From: Mytilus trossulus
Lineage: Eukaryota
Direction: 5' to 3'
NCBI RefSeq assembly: GCF_036588685.1
Contig: NC_086380.1
Location: 6,882,001 to 6,946,000, forward strand
Length of the DNA: 64,000 bases
Shown here: positions 27,625 to 38,530 of the stretch, one piece after another
How the letters are laid out: the number at the start of each line of letters is the position of its first letter
Numbering within the stretch: position 1 is the first letter of the stretch
The notes under the pieces: model-generated
What the model saw: the letters and a program-made list of their open reading frames with translations, nothing else
Database searches by the model: none
What the model was told of the DNA's origin: nothing
Translations under genes and position numbers: made by a program

Positions 27625-27766
27625 GACCTTATTGACAATGACGAAATTGTTGATGGATAAACGTTACGGTGTAGGAAATGTCATTAATTGTATAACTCTG
27701 CAGTATAAATTTGACCAAGTGAATTATGATTCTTGTCTTATCGTGGAATGTTGAGAGCCGAATAAA
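27625..27766 (+). pseudogene. Collapsed amine-oxidase relic inside the last intron of copy 2
   Basis: gaccttattgacaatgacgaaattgttgat (DLIDNDEIVD, resembling the exon 4 end DFIDDDENIVD) is fused to acgttacggtgta..cattaattgtata.. (RYGVGNVINCI...CLIVEC*, resembling the exon 5 end); AATAAA at 27761. Confidence 0.75.
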
Positions 27767-28409
27767 CGTAACAGTTATATGTTGATATGTTTTATATTTT
27801 TAAAAAACTGATTTGATTGGGTCAGAAAGAGTCATAGGTTTACTGAACATGGTTGATATAAAATTCTCTTTTAAAAATGCTTATCATTTGATTTTCTGAT
27901 TTTACAATACAAATTTCATTGTATATTATTTACTAAAATGTAAAATGACAAAAAGAATCCTTGAACAATCCAAAACGGAGAGTCCATCATCAAATGTTAA
28001 AATCAAAAGATCAAACACATAAAATTAAAAGAAAAGAACTTTCATATTCCTGACTCAAAAGATGCATTTCATTATGCTGAAAACAGTGGATTAAACCTGG
28101 TTTTATATTTACCTATCTTACACCAGACTTGTATGTCACACTTTTTTTATAGTCGCTTTAGCAGAACTCAGATTAAGGTTATAAATCGAAAGGTTATGTA
28201 AGCGACGGCGTGGAATCTATTTTCAAGATTTATTCAAACTAACTAGCGAATACAAAATAATCAAATCACACTTTTAGATTTTAACAATATGTCAGAATAT
28301 CGCAGAATTCATAGATATAGTCTGATTTAAACATTTGTATTAAAAGTTTAAGATAAATGAAAGTCATTCATTGATAACCTTAACTATGTCTATAATGATA
28401 TAATTACAG

Positions 28410-28769
28410 GACATCGTAGCATGGATTGCAATGGGATTGTACCATATACCAATAAAAGAAGACCTACCAGTCACTCATACTCCAGGTGAAAGTCGCAGCT
28501 TTTTCTTGCTACCATTCAATTACTTTGATGAGAATCCAGCAATGGCATCTCGTAACGCAATACGAATAGACCCGATAGACATCGAAGGTAAAACGAAGTC
28601 GCTGAAGGTAGAACGTTACGGTGTAAGTGATGACATTAATTGTATACCACCAAAATATAATTATGACCAATTGATGAAGAGAAATCCTTGCCAAGTTGTG
28701 GAATGTTTGGATCCAGAGAAAAATAATAGAGTTAAATCACATGTTTTCCAGGAATTTCGTTGGCAATAA
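28410..28769 (+). CDS. Copper amine oxidase copy 2, last exon
   Basis: ttacag|DIVAWIAMGLYHIPIKEDLPVTHTPG...PFNYFDENPAM...FQEFRWQ*. Confidence 0.93.
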   Translation, partial: DIVAWIAMGLYHIPIKEDLPVTHTPGESRSFFLLPFNYFDENPAMASRNAIRIDPIDIEGKTKSLKVERYGVSDDINCIPPKYNYDQLMKRNPCQVVECLDPEKNNRVKSHVFQEFRWQ

Positions 28770-28796
28770 TAAACAAAGCTAACTAGGATAATTAAG

Positions 28797-28876
28797 AGTT
28801 ATCAAAGGTACCTTGCTTATACTTTTGATACGCCACACGAGTGTTTCGTCTACATAAGACTCACCAGTGACGCTCA
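28797..28876 (-). mobile_element. Retrozyme-family copy with mutated hammerhead; body continues at ~29288-29435
   Basis: CGTCA CTGGTGA GTCTTATGTAGAC GAAA CACTCGTG TGGCG: a core A>G change and loss of the GUC triplet. Confidence 0.7.
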
Positions 28877-30104
28877 GAATATATTACATTATAAGCATAT
28901 ACAGATGCAAATCATTCACATTTATAATTATATAATTTTGTTCCGTTTTTGACATTTCGTTTACATCCTCATTATAAGATGTATATATTATACAATCTAC
29001 ATGACACATATGGAAATGTGGAACGTGTCAAAAAACAACCCTACCATACAACAGACAACAGCAGAAGGGCACCAACAGGTCTTCAATGCAGCGAGAAATT
29101 CACACACCCGGAGGCGTCCTTCAGCTGGCCCTAAAACAAATATATATACTAGTTCAGTGATAATTAACGCCATACAAAACTCCAAATTGTACACAAGAAA
29201 CTAAAATTAAAAATAATGAAAGACTAAAAAAGGCCAGAGGCACCTGACTTTGGACAGGCACAAACATGCGGCGGGGTTAAACATGTTTATGCCTAGGATA
29301 AGAAAATCTTCAGTATTTCGATTAATAATAGTACGTACATTTGCAAGTAGTTTATATTTAAAAATGACCATATAATGAAAGTTATGTCAATATCGCAGTG
29401 CTGACTACTGGGCTGGTGATACCATTGGGGACGAAGAGATCGTCAGCATGTCTTTAGAAAACAAACTTTAACATCATAAACTTCAGTATTGTCTGACATT
29501 TACCATATGGATACATATTTGGAAGAGTAAAGTTTAATCTAAAAGCTTGAATATTTGGAATTGGAAGATTTGGTAAGGCATGTTTCCGTTCGTCCTATTT
29601 ATTAACAAAATACAAATATTATATCATTAGATATGAAATGAAACAAACAACATTAAATACCCCAAAAGTGCTGTCTTGATAATGAAAAAGATACAAAGGA
29701 GCAGTTAAATACACAAAAAGAAATACACACATCTCAATTATTAAAAGAAATACCAGACACCAGTCTTTTTTGTCTCAATGATGAAGGAGATACACATAGG
29801 CATTAAAAAAAATCGATGATAGCCTCTGAAATATACAGCACCATGACTTAAAACAATTACCACACAGTAGTCTATGAAACATGATATAGTAAACACATCG
29901 GCAAAAGGGTGAAATATGCCAGAGGGACAGTCAAACTCATAGATCGAGTTAAGTTATATCGAAGACTACCAACGTAGAAACTATAACAATTCGGCAGTTA
30001 ACGCTGGCTTGTTGAATATTAGATAATAAGTAGGACAATGTCAAAAAATTTCCTTATCAAGCTTACAGTGTGTGTGGATTACAAAATCAATCGACTTAAA
30101 CAAT

Positions 30105-30453
30105 ATGGCTACAAGGGTCATAGTTATACTGTTTGTAGAAGCATTTGTGATTGTAGCTTTAGCAAAATCAGAAAAGGTCGATCTGTATTCTGAAATTTTA
30201 CAAATTCACAAAACGTTGAAAGCGCAAGGAAATGAAATCTCTCATTTAAAAGACACGGTTAAGAATCAACAAACAGAAATTGAAAGACTCAATGCTATTG
30301 TAACAAATCTGCAGACAGTAATCACAGAAACTAATATTGGAGCTATCCAAACTGACCAGGACAGCATGACACATGACAACGGAAGTAAGCCTGAAAGTGT
30401 GCAAGTCTGGGACGAAGGACATCATGATGAAATTGAGAAGGAAAAACCAAGAG
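30105..30453 (+). CDS. C1q-domain-containing protein A, exon 1 (signal peptide + coiled coil)
   Basis: MATRVIVILFVEAFVIVALA signal peptide, then heptads LYSEILQIHKTLKAQGNEISHLKDTVKNQQTEIERLNAIVTNL. Ends AGA G|gtaaat (phase 1). Confidence 0.88.
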
Positions 30454-31960
30454 GTAAATGTTATATTTGTAGTCATTTCGACATGATTTTTGTTCTTGAA
30501 ACAAATCGACATGTAGGGTAGAAACTTAAAACTAAGTGACAGCGTTAAAACAAATACCTCGGGAAAGAATGTATGACTCGAAGTTCAAACTCTGCCTGCG
30601 GTTTATTGGATCAACACGCCGAAAATAAGAGGACAATCATAACAAAATTAATTAGAATGATCAAACAGTTTAGATACTAAAAATTTATTTTCTCTTTTTT
30701 GAAGTGAATTTTGATTGAGTTAAGCCTTCTAATTTATATTTTTAGTGTGTTTTTCTATGTTATGATGTTATACTATTGTTTCAGAAAAGAGAGAAGGTTT
30801 GGCACCATTAAAACGTTTAATCTCGCTGCAAATGTTTATACCTGTCCTCTAAGTCTGAAATTTGATGTACAGTAGCTGTCCTTTGTTTATGTAGTTCATA
30901 CTTGTTTCTCGTTATTGTATATATTAGACAGTTGTTTTCCCGTTTGAATGGTTTTACATTAATAGTTTTGGGGCCCTTTATAGCTTGCTGTTCGGTGTGA
31001 ACCAAGGCTCCCTGGTTAAGCCTGTACCTTGACCTATATACTTTTATAAATTGTTATTTGAATGGAAAGTTGTCTCATTGGCACTCATACCACATCTTCC
31101 TATATCTATTTAAATAAGCGAAAGTGCAAATAACTCGCCTTTGTTTTACAATAATTGGTATTACCCTACAGTACTTTGGTTTGCGCTATATTTTATATTT
31201 GGCAAGCCAAACCTAATTTCAACTTTCCCGCTTGTACAGCCAATGTCCTTTATTAGTGCTATAAATGAGTAAATATCATTGAGGGCAGGTCAAGTTAAAA
31301 AGGATTTATTACCTTGCTCCTTTTATGCATCAAACTTCCGGTACCTGTGTATGAAGAAAACAAAGTTTTGTCGACCACCAAATATTTAGTGTTATTGTTC
31401 ATATTTACTCCATGCCACATGTACCAAGTTCTAGAATAATTTTATAGATATACAAGAAATATCTTGGTGTTCATAAACGGGAGGTTATTGAGACCAAAAA
31501 AAGTATACATAACAACACTATTATTTTCATTTACCTATGTATACTATTATTGCAAATGGCGGAATAATTTTCATGGATGATGTTTTCATGAAGTTGTTTA
31601 ACATTTCACAGCTGTGTTATACTTTTACGTTAATTATTCATCCCTTATTTTATTAACTTTACATTATTTACATTGTATCATAGATCACATTTATTCGTTC
31701 TGTTCAGTTAATATTAACTTGTGTTGCTACAGCTTTTGATTAAGTTAATCCATTTCAATTTATATCTTTTAGTGTGTCTTTCTATGTTATGATGTTACAC
31801 TATTGTTTCGGATAAGGGTGAATGTTTGGTATCATTAAAGCGTTTAAACCCGCTGCAATTGTTTGAAAATGTCCTTAGTCAGGAATGTAATGTTCATTAG
31901 TTGTAGTTTGTTAATTTGGTTCGTTTCTCGTTTTTATATAGAAAAGACCGTATGTATTTA

Positions 31961-32540
31961 AAGGAGAAGGTTCAGTAAGACCCCTTTTTGGCCTAAAAAT
32001 ATAGCAGTTTTAAAAAATTTTGAAACTGTAATCTTTTAGCTATTTATTGATAAGAGGAATGCTTCTGCTACACAAATATGAGCTGTATTATACAATACAA
32101 TGCACATCGGGTACTTACATCATTAAATCATGCTGAGTTACTGAACTCTTCAGAATTTTAGCATTTTGGTTGAATTTTAGACGGTTTCAGTCTTAAATGA
32201 AAGTGGTCGCATTCGTGTTCATTCATAATATTGAAATGCAAGTTGTATTTGATGATAATACATAACATACATAAAGGTGGAGGATGAAGACGGATGTGGT
32301 CACATCCGTTATTGACAAAAACATCTGGAAAGTGACGATTTTTTGCATTTTTGATAGATTTGTCATATTTAAGCTTGAATCGGAGCACTTTTTTAATTAC
32401 TTAATCAGTTAAAATATTTTACATAAACTAATTAAATCAATTGAAATAAGCACTTATGTGTTTAAAAAGTGTCCAAAATATTTCTTTAGATGAACCTGAA
32501 ATTTGTGGCCAAAATCCGCCCTTACCCATGTTACCGTACC
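31961..32540. mobile_element. Kolobok-like non-autonomous element nested in a dispersed repeat
   Basis: Begins ttaa|AGGAGAAGGTTCAGTAAG with a decayed inverted end (cttacc..) near 32521-32540; it splits a repeat copy whose halves lie at 31735-31950 and 32541-32715. Confidence 0.45.
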
Positions 32541-32906
32541 TTTGAATGGTTTTTCACCAGTTATTTTGGAGCATTTATTCGTTATCTATTCGTTACGGTC
32601 CTACGCTCAGTGTTGAAGACCTTACTTTGACCTATAGTGGTTCACTTTTTATAAATTGTGACTTGGATGGAAAGTTGTCCAATTGGTACTCATAACACAT
32701 CTTCTTATATTTATTTACACCCTCGAATAACTGGAGACACTATCGTATTCATATCCCTGCCATATTGAAAACTATAGATGAGAAGTACTCATGTTTCTGC
32801 TGTGGCTGTATATTTTCTTGAATAACTTGATATACCTCCAATAGATTGAACAGAAAATGAGACGAGTATTCTTGAATAATTACGGAAGCGTATTAGCGCC
32901 ACACAT

Positions 32907-33202
32907 TATAACGCAAAACTTTGCGTTGTAACGCAAACCTTTGCGTTAAAACGCAAACCTTTTGCGTTATAACGCAAATCTTTGCGTTTTAACGCAAACC
33001 TTTTGCGTTATTACGCAAACCTTTGCGTTAGAACGCAAACCTTTGCGTTACAACGCAAACCTTTGCGTTATTACGCAAACCTTTGCGTTATAACGCAAAC
33101 CTTTGCGTTACAACGCAAACCTTTGCGTTATTACGCAAACCTTTGCGTTATAACGCAAACCTTTTGCGTTTTAACGCAAACTTTTGCGTTATAACGCAAA
33201 CA
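32907..33202. repeat. Tandem array of the ~21-bp palindromic unit TATAACGCAAACCTTTGCGT(T)
   Basis: About 13-14 units; mirrored by the inverted array at 34154-34392. Confidence 0.95.
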
Positions 33203-34153
33203 TTTATATGTATACATGTCCGTCAGTCATTCATTTTTGGATGTGATTTACTAGTAGATAAATACAAGGCCAAATCATTATGATAAATATGCATAGGAAT
33301 AATGGAATACTTGAAGTGCAATTATACATAAAATAACACTGAATTGTGCATCAGAAAAGTATAGAATTTAACAAGAAAATAGATATAGTTTAGTATATAG
33401 TCATATTTAAATTGAAAGATCAAAAATAATGTCATACAATTGTGAAACCTCCAAGTCAAATAGACAAAACGATCTTTCTGCTTTAAAATGAATTATTAAT
33501 AAGGAAACATTTTTTTTTAAATCTCAGAATATGATCAAGATTCTTTGATAGAAAGTCATTGAATTTTCATTTCAATATAATGTAGTATCTTTAAGATACT
33601 TGGGTAGCAATGTGAATAGAGAGAACATATTTTATTAATAAAACATCTTCATTCTATACATTTATTGCCAAAGGGTAGCTTATTGGAATCTAACCTACTT
33701 TACACATTTCTCAAACGAGAGCTTACTTTGGACGTATATTTATATTCGGTTATAGCTATATAAGCAGGGTTGATTTTTTTCTTAGGTATAATAAACCTCA
33801 ATTTACTCAATTTTTTTTGTAATATATATACTAGTAGTAACATGGATATCGTTTTTGGGGACCTTTATAGTTTGTTGTTTTGTGTGAGCCAATGCTCCGT
33901 GTTGAAGACCGTAATTCGGCCTATGATGGTTTACTTTTACGAATAGTGACTTAGATGGGGAGTTTTCTAATTGGCACTCATACCACACCTTCTTATATTA
34001 TTCTGCTCATTATTAGTCATTGATATGATCTAATTATTCAAGCATTTTACTTTGAAATGACTACAAAGGTGATAAATTTTAAAATAAACAGCCACCTCCG
34101 TTAAAACTACTGTTTCCTTTGATTCTTAAATAAGAAATAAGATAAAACAAAGT

Positions 34154-34392
34154 TTTGCGTTATAACGCAAAGGTTTGCGTTGTAACGCAAATGTTTGCGT
34201 TATAACGCAAAAGGTTTGCGTTATAACGCAATGTTTGCGTTATAACGCAAATGTTTGCGTTATTACGCAAATGTTTGCGTTATAACGCAAAGGTTTGCGT
34301 TATAAAGCAAAAGGTTTGCATTATAACGCAAATGTTTGCGTTATAACGCATAGGTTTGCGTTGTAACGCAAAGGTTTCCGTTATAATGCAAA
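34154..34392. repeat. Inverted copy of the ~21-bp palindromic array
   Basis: TTTGCGTTATAACGCAAA(T/G)G units, about 11 copies. Confidence 0.95.
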
Positions 34393-34812
34393 CATAGGAA
34401 GAAAAATAAAAAAAAAAATGTGTGGCGCTAATACGCTTCCGTAAATAATTTTAACGTTTCCATGAATAACTCAGATTAAGTTATTTTGATTATAACACAT
34501 GTTCTGTGTTTTCTTGGAAGTTGATAGCATCCTTAAAAAGTTTTAACCATGTATATACAATATATTTATATCTGGAAGGAAAATACTTTGATCATAAGTT
34601 TTCCTACTTGATAATAAAATTCCTTGTCAGCTTTATGGGATGTGGCGTCCACATTTAAATACCATGAAATAATGTATAGATGTCCCCGTAGAGTAATCTG
34701 TAATATATCATAGACGAATTCGTTAATGTTACTCCTGTGCAATTCAATTTTTGCAAACGCATGTATTGTCATAAAAGAAAAAAATATTGTAAATGAAAAA
34801 ACCCTCAGTCAT

Positions 34813-34890
34813 TATTATTATTATTTATTATTATTTACAGTGCTTATATAGCGCTTATCTAAATAAACATTTACTCTAAGCGCTTTACAA
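34813..34890 (-). mobile_element. 3' tail of an L2-clade LINE or of a SINE that uses its tail
   Basis: Minus strand: TTGTAAAGCGCTTAGAG...ATAAGCGCTATATAAG...(TAA)n, the typical L2 3' stem-loop plus simple-repeat tail. Confidence 0.6.
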
Positions 34891-35007
34891 TGCATTTAAA
34901 AAACAATGATACAAGTACATATATATATAAAACGATAAATAAACACAATTTAAAAAAAAAAATTATATATCTTTGTGTCAATGGCTCAATAGAATCAAAA
35001 TAGAGAC

Positions 35008-35050
<43 letters not shown>

Positions 35051-35345
35051 TAACTCAAAATATAGAACTGAAGAAATTATTCATCAAATATAATTTTAAA
35101 ATATAGATAAATTTCAATTTAAAAAGTAAAAATAAAAATAGTCCAGGTGAATATATTCCGATAGGTGTCATTCAGTCAAATAACATCCAGAAAACAGACA
35201 GATCGTAAAACAATATGTATAGTTTGTATGGCAAGTCCTTTTTAAATCTTTCAATAAATTATAGTCAATGTGATGGAAGTGATTTTATGCGTGAGGCTGG
35301 TTTTATGTATATTGGTAGTAGTACAACATTTTATTTCATTTTTAG

Positions 35346-35800
35346 TTACCCGACTAATAACACAGGCAGATGTATTTGTACAACCTTCAACCGTTGCTTT
35401 TTATGCCCAGCTTACAACAATTGAAACAAATGTTGGAATGCATCATCCAATAGTATTTGATCACGTGATTTTAAATATTGGTAAAGGATATAACAAATTT
35501 ACGGGAGCTTTTACTGCCCCTGTAAGCGGAATATATGTTTTCACCTTCACTCTCTATCCAAATCGAGATAGCTCCATAGCAGTGAATATCTTCAAGAACA
35601 ATGAAGTAATTGCTCAGAGTTTTATAGAGATGACATCTGGCATGATCAGTGGCACAACCCCAATAGCTGTCGTTGATATGAATGTTGGAGATGCTGCATT
35701 TGTTAGAACCAGTTCCATCCACCAACCACATGGTGATGTATTTAGTGATGTTAACGTCAAAAGTTCATTTGCTGGATGGAAAATAACTGTCGCAAATTGA
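35346..35800 (+). CDS. C1q-domain-containing protein A, exon 2 (globular C1q domain)
   Basis: ttttag|(V)TRLITQ...VAFYAQL...IVFDHVILNIGKGYNKFTGAFTAPVSGIYVFTF...MNVGDAAFV...SSFAGWKI, a complete gC1q signature; phase matches exon 1. Confidence 0.92.
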
Positions 35801-36754
35801 TAGTTTCATGAAGTATTCACAACACAATAGAGCTTATTTTGGTAGTTTTTTTTTACTTAAAAATATGAACAATTAAGCTTTCCTATTTCACCGTTTCATG
35901 TTGTATTCTCCTTATCGTCATAGTTTCATTAGAAATAGTGGTTTTTTTTGTAAACGACATTGACTTTTATACACGATTTACCACCTTTGAAAATAGAATT
36001 AATAAATTTGTAAACTGATGAGCAAGGAAAATATGACTCTTCTTACGATAAATATGACAAAGAAACACTATTTACAGTTTGATGCTTCGGTCAATCTACT
36101 ACATGCACTACGAATAATGAATTAATAAATTTTTTTTTTTTAAGCTGGTCTGCTGAATCAATAAAGGCTAGAGTAGTATATTCATAAATCGATTCAGGAA
36201 AAACAAATCCGGGATACAAACTAAAACTGAGGGAACACATCAAATATAAGAGGATAACAACGATACAAAAGAAACACAACACTAAAATGCAACACACACA
36301 GAAACGAATTATAATATATACCAGAAACATATTTGTCCTGACCCCTTCCGGGAAAATTATGTGTAAGTTAAAACCGAGGTATAAAAGTAGTGGTTCTTAC
36401 GATCTAAAAACTACGTTTAGGACAACGTTCTCATTGGCTTGTTTATTTATCATTTTTGTTATCTATCATTCGATTGGTTTTCAATGTTAAAACCTATAGT
36501 CATGTCGGACTTAAAAGTACTGCTATATTATATAGAGAGTCTCTATATATATTCGTAGAGAGTCTCGTTATATTATAGTAGTATATTTATAATAGTATAC
36601 ATGCAGATAAACGCAAATAATTGTCCTTTCCCCATCCGAGTATTTAAGTAATGTTTGTGTAAGTTAAACCGAGGTATGATTGTAGTGATTTTTACGATAT
36701 AAAAGCAACGATATGGACAACGCTAAAATTGGCTTATATATTTAGTCTTAAAGG

Positions 36755-37315
36755 CATGATTTTTTTTATTAGTTGTTAGTGGCTTTGAACTAGCTGTCAG
36801 ATAACTGCGAGTACTCTCAGATCTGTTCATTGTGTCTTTTTGTGTCCGGATGTATAAGTACCCGGCCACGTCCTCTTTTATATTTTGTCTATTTGATGAG
36901 TTAAGCCTTTTTCAACTGATTTTCATAGTTCATTCTTATGTTGTACTGTTATACCACTGTCCCAGGATAGAATGGGGGTTGGGATCCCGCTAACATTTTA
37001 ATTCCCCCCCCCCACCACACTATTTATGTATGTGCCTGTCCCAAGTCAGGAGCCTGTAATTCAGTGGTTGTCGTTTGTTTATGTGTTACATATTTGTTTT
37101 TCGTTCATTTTTTTTACATAAATAAGGCCGTTAGTTTTCTCGTTTGAATTGTTTAAATTGTCTTATCGGGGCCTTTTATAGCTGACTATGCGGTATGGGC
37201 TTTGCTTATTGTTGAAGCCCGTACGGTGACCTATAGTTGTTAATGTTTGTGTTATTTTTTGTCTTTTGTGGATGGTTGTCTCATTGGCAATCACACCATA
37301 TCTTCTTTTTTATAT
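36755..37315. repeat. High-copy dispersed repeat family 1 (near full-length copy)
   Basis: Ends GTTGTCTCATTGGCAATCA(T/C)ACCA(C/T)ATCTTC. Other copies at ~23505-23860, 25045-25225, 30700-31110, 31735-32715, 33855-33995, 43340-43705, 55860-55930, 56520-56610, 57840-58370, 61365-61445, 62575-62740. Confidence 0.8.
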
Positions 37316-37514
37316 TATTGATTTTCATTTTTATTATCTATCATGCGATTAGTTCTCATATTAAAACCGGAAGTCATGTCTGAAATAAAAGTCGGTTTGA
37401 TAACTGAAACAATATTTGGACACCTTTATTTTCGTTTTTCTTCCAAAATAACCCAAACTGAATAGTCAAAAGAATGAATGACAAATGCGACTAGTCATGA
37501 TACCTATAGGACAC

Positions 37515-38056
37515 CATCTTCGCTAGCCAAGGGTTACGATCCACTCCCGCTCTCTTCACCCTTGGCGGATTGAGATAATATTTCGGAGACACAAGGTAAG
37601 GATTTTTATTGGTTGCAGTAGATACTCGCTGCATCCAATCAAAAAGCGCCTATAACATGATCACGTGTAAATGTTGAAAGTGTTTGTAAACAATTGCCAC
37701 GTGTTAATTGTGCAACAAGTCTTTACATCACTAAACATAGGACTATATTTAGTGACAACTTGAATGTTTTTAATCAACTAATAGAAGTTTCTGTGTATGT
37801 TTCATGCACAAATGCATGAATATTGACATATATTTTCGTTTCCGGCTTTACCAAGTGGTTAGAATCTAGACGCTACCGTGTTTTATCTCCAAATTGAAGA
37901 GTTCAAGTGCTACCATTGGTCAAGAATAATTTATTCGGAATGGGCGTGACTTTAAACTTCCGATAGATGGCGCAACATTGATATCACAAATGTTGGCTCA
38001 ATCTGCCAAGGGTGAAGAGAGCGGGAGTGGATCGTAACCCTTGGCTAGCGAAGATG
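37515..38056. mobile_element. MITE with ~58-bp TIRs and 9-bp TSD (AcademH- or Mutator-like)
   Basis: CATCTTCGCTAGCCAAGGGTTACGATCCACTCCCGCTCTCTTCACCCTTGGC... is inverted at 37997-38056; TSD ATAGGACAC at 37506-14 and 38057-65. Confidence 0.9.
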
Positions 38057-38325
38057 ATAGGACACAGAAGCATGTTGATTAATATATTGTGGGAGGAAGA
38101 GACGCTACACACAAAATGAGGTCTTTTCGTTTAATAGTATATATACTGGTCATTTTACTGACATGCCACAGAACAAATGGTGGATTAACTACTGTTTTTG
38201 TGGCTACCCAAACCTCCCGCTTTTATGGCAATGTTAAATATAACATTAAAATGACAACATTACATGGTAGGACTACAATACAGTTAGAATATTCAAGACA
38301 GAGAATCACAAACATAACAGCTATC

Positions 38326-38530
38326 CTAAGGTACCAGGCTTATAATTTATTATGTCAGACGCGCGTTTCGTAAACATACGAATCATTAGTGACGCTCAGA
38401 TAAAAAGGTTGAAATCCAAACAAGTACAAAGTGAAAGAGAATTGAGGACCAAAAGTTCAAAAAGTTGTTCCAAATACGTATAAGCCTAAGGTTATCTGCC
38501 TGGGATAAGAAAATCCTTAGTATTTAGAAT
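38326..38530 (-). mobile_element. Retrozyme-family copy with decayed hammerhead
   Basis: Collinear with 17957-18155; the core reads CTAATGA and stem II is disrupted. Confidence 0.7.

Larger units (their letters stand above)
32881..34443. mobile_element. Non-autonomous foldback DNA transposon, IS3EU-like, in the C1qDC A intron
   Basis: 27-bp perfect TIRs TACGGAAGCGTATTAGCGCCACACATT, 6-bp TSD AATAAT (32875-80 and 34444-49), and inverted subterminal arrays of a ~21-bp palindromic unit. TAYGG ends with a 6-bp TSD fit IS3EU. Confidence 0.85.

Noticed and set aside
32907-33202. CRISPR-like palindromic array, and the repetitive ORFs 32982-33283
   Set aside because: Units abut with no unique spacers, there are no cas genes, the context is a eukaryotic intron, and TIRs plus a TSD explain it as transposon subterminal repeats.
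35012-35047. Long poly-A tract as a retrocopy tail
   Set aside because: No recognisable body or TSD can be assigned to it.
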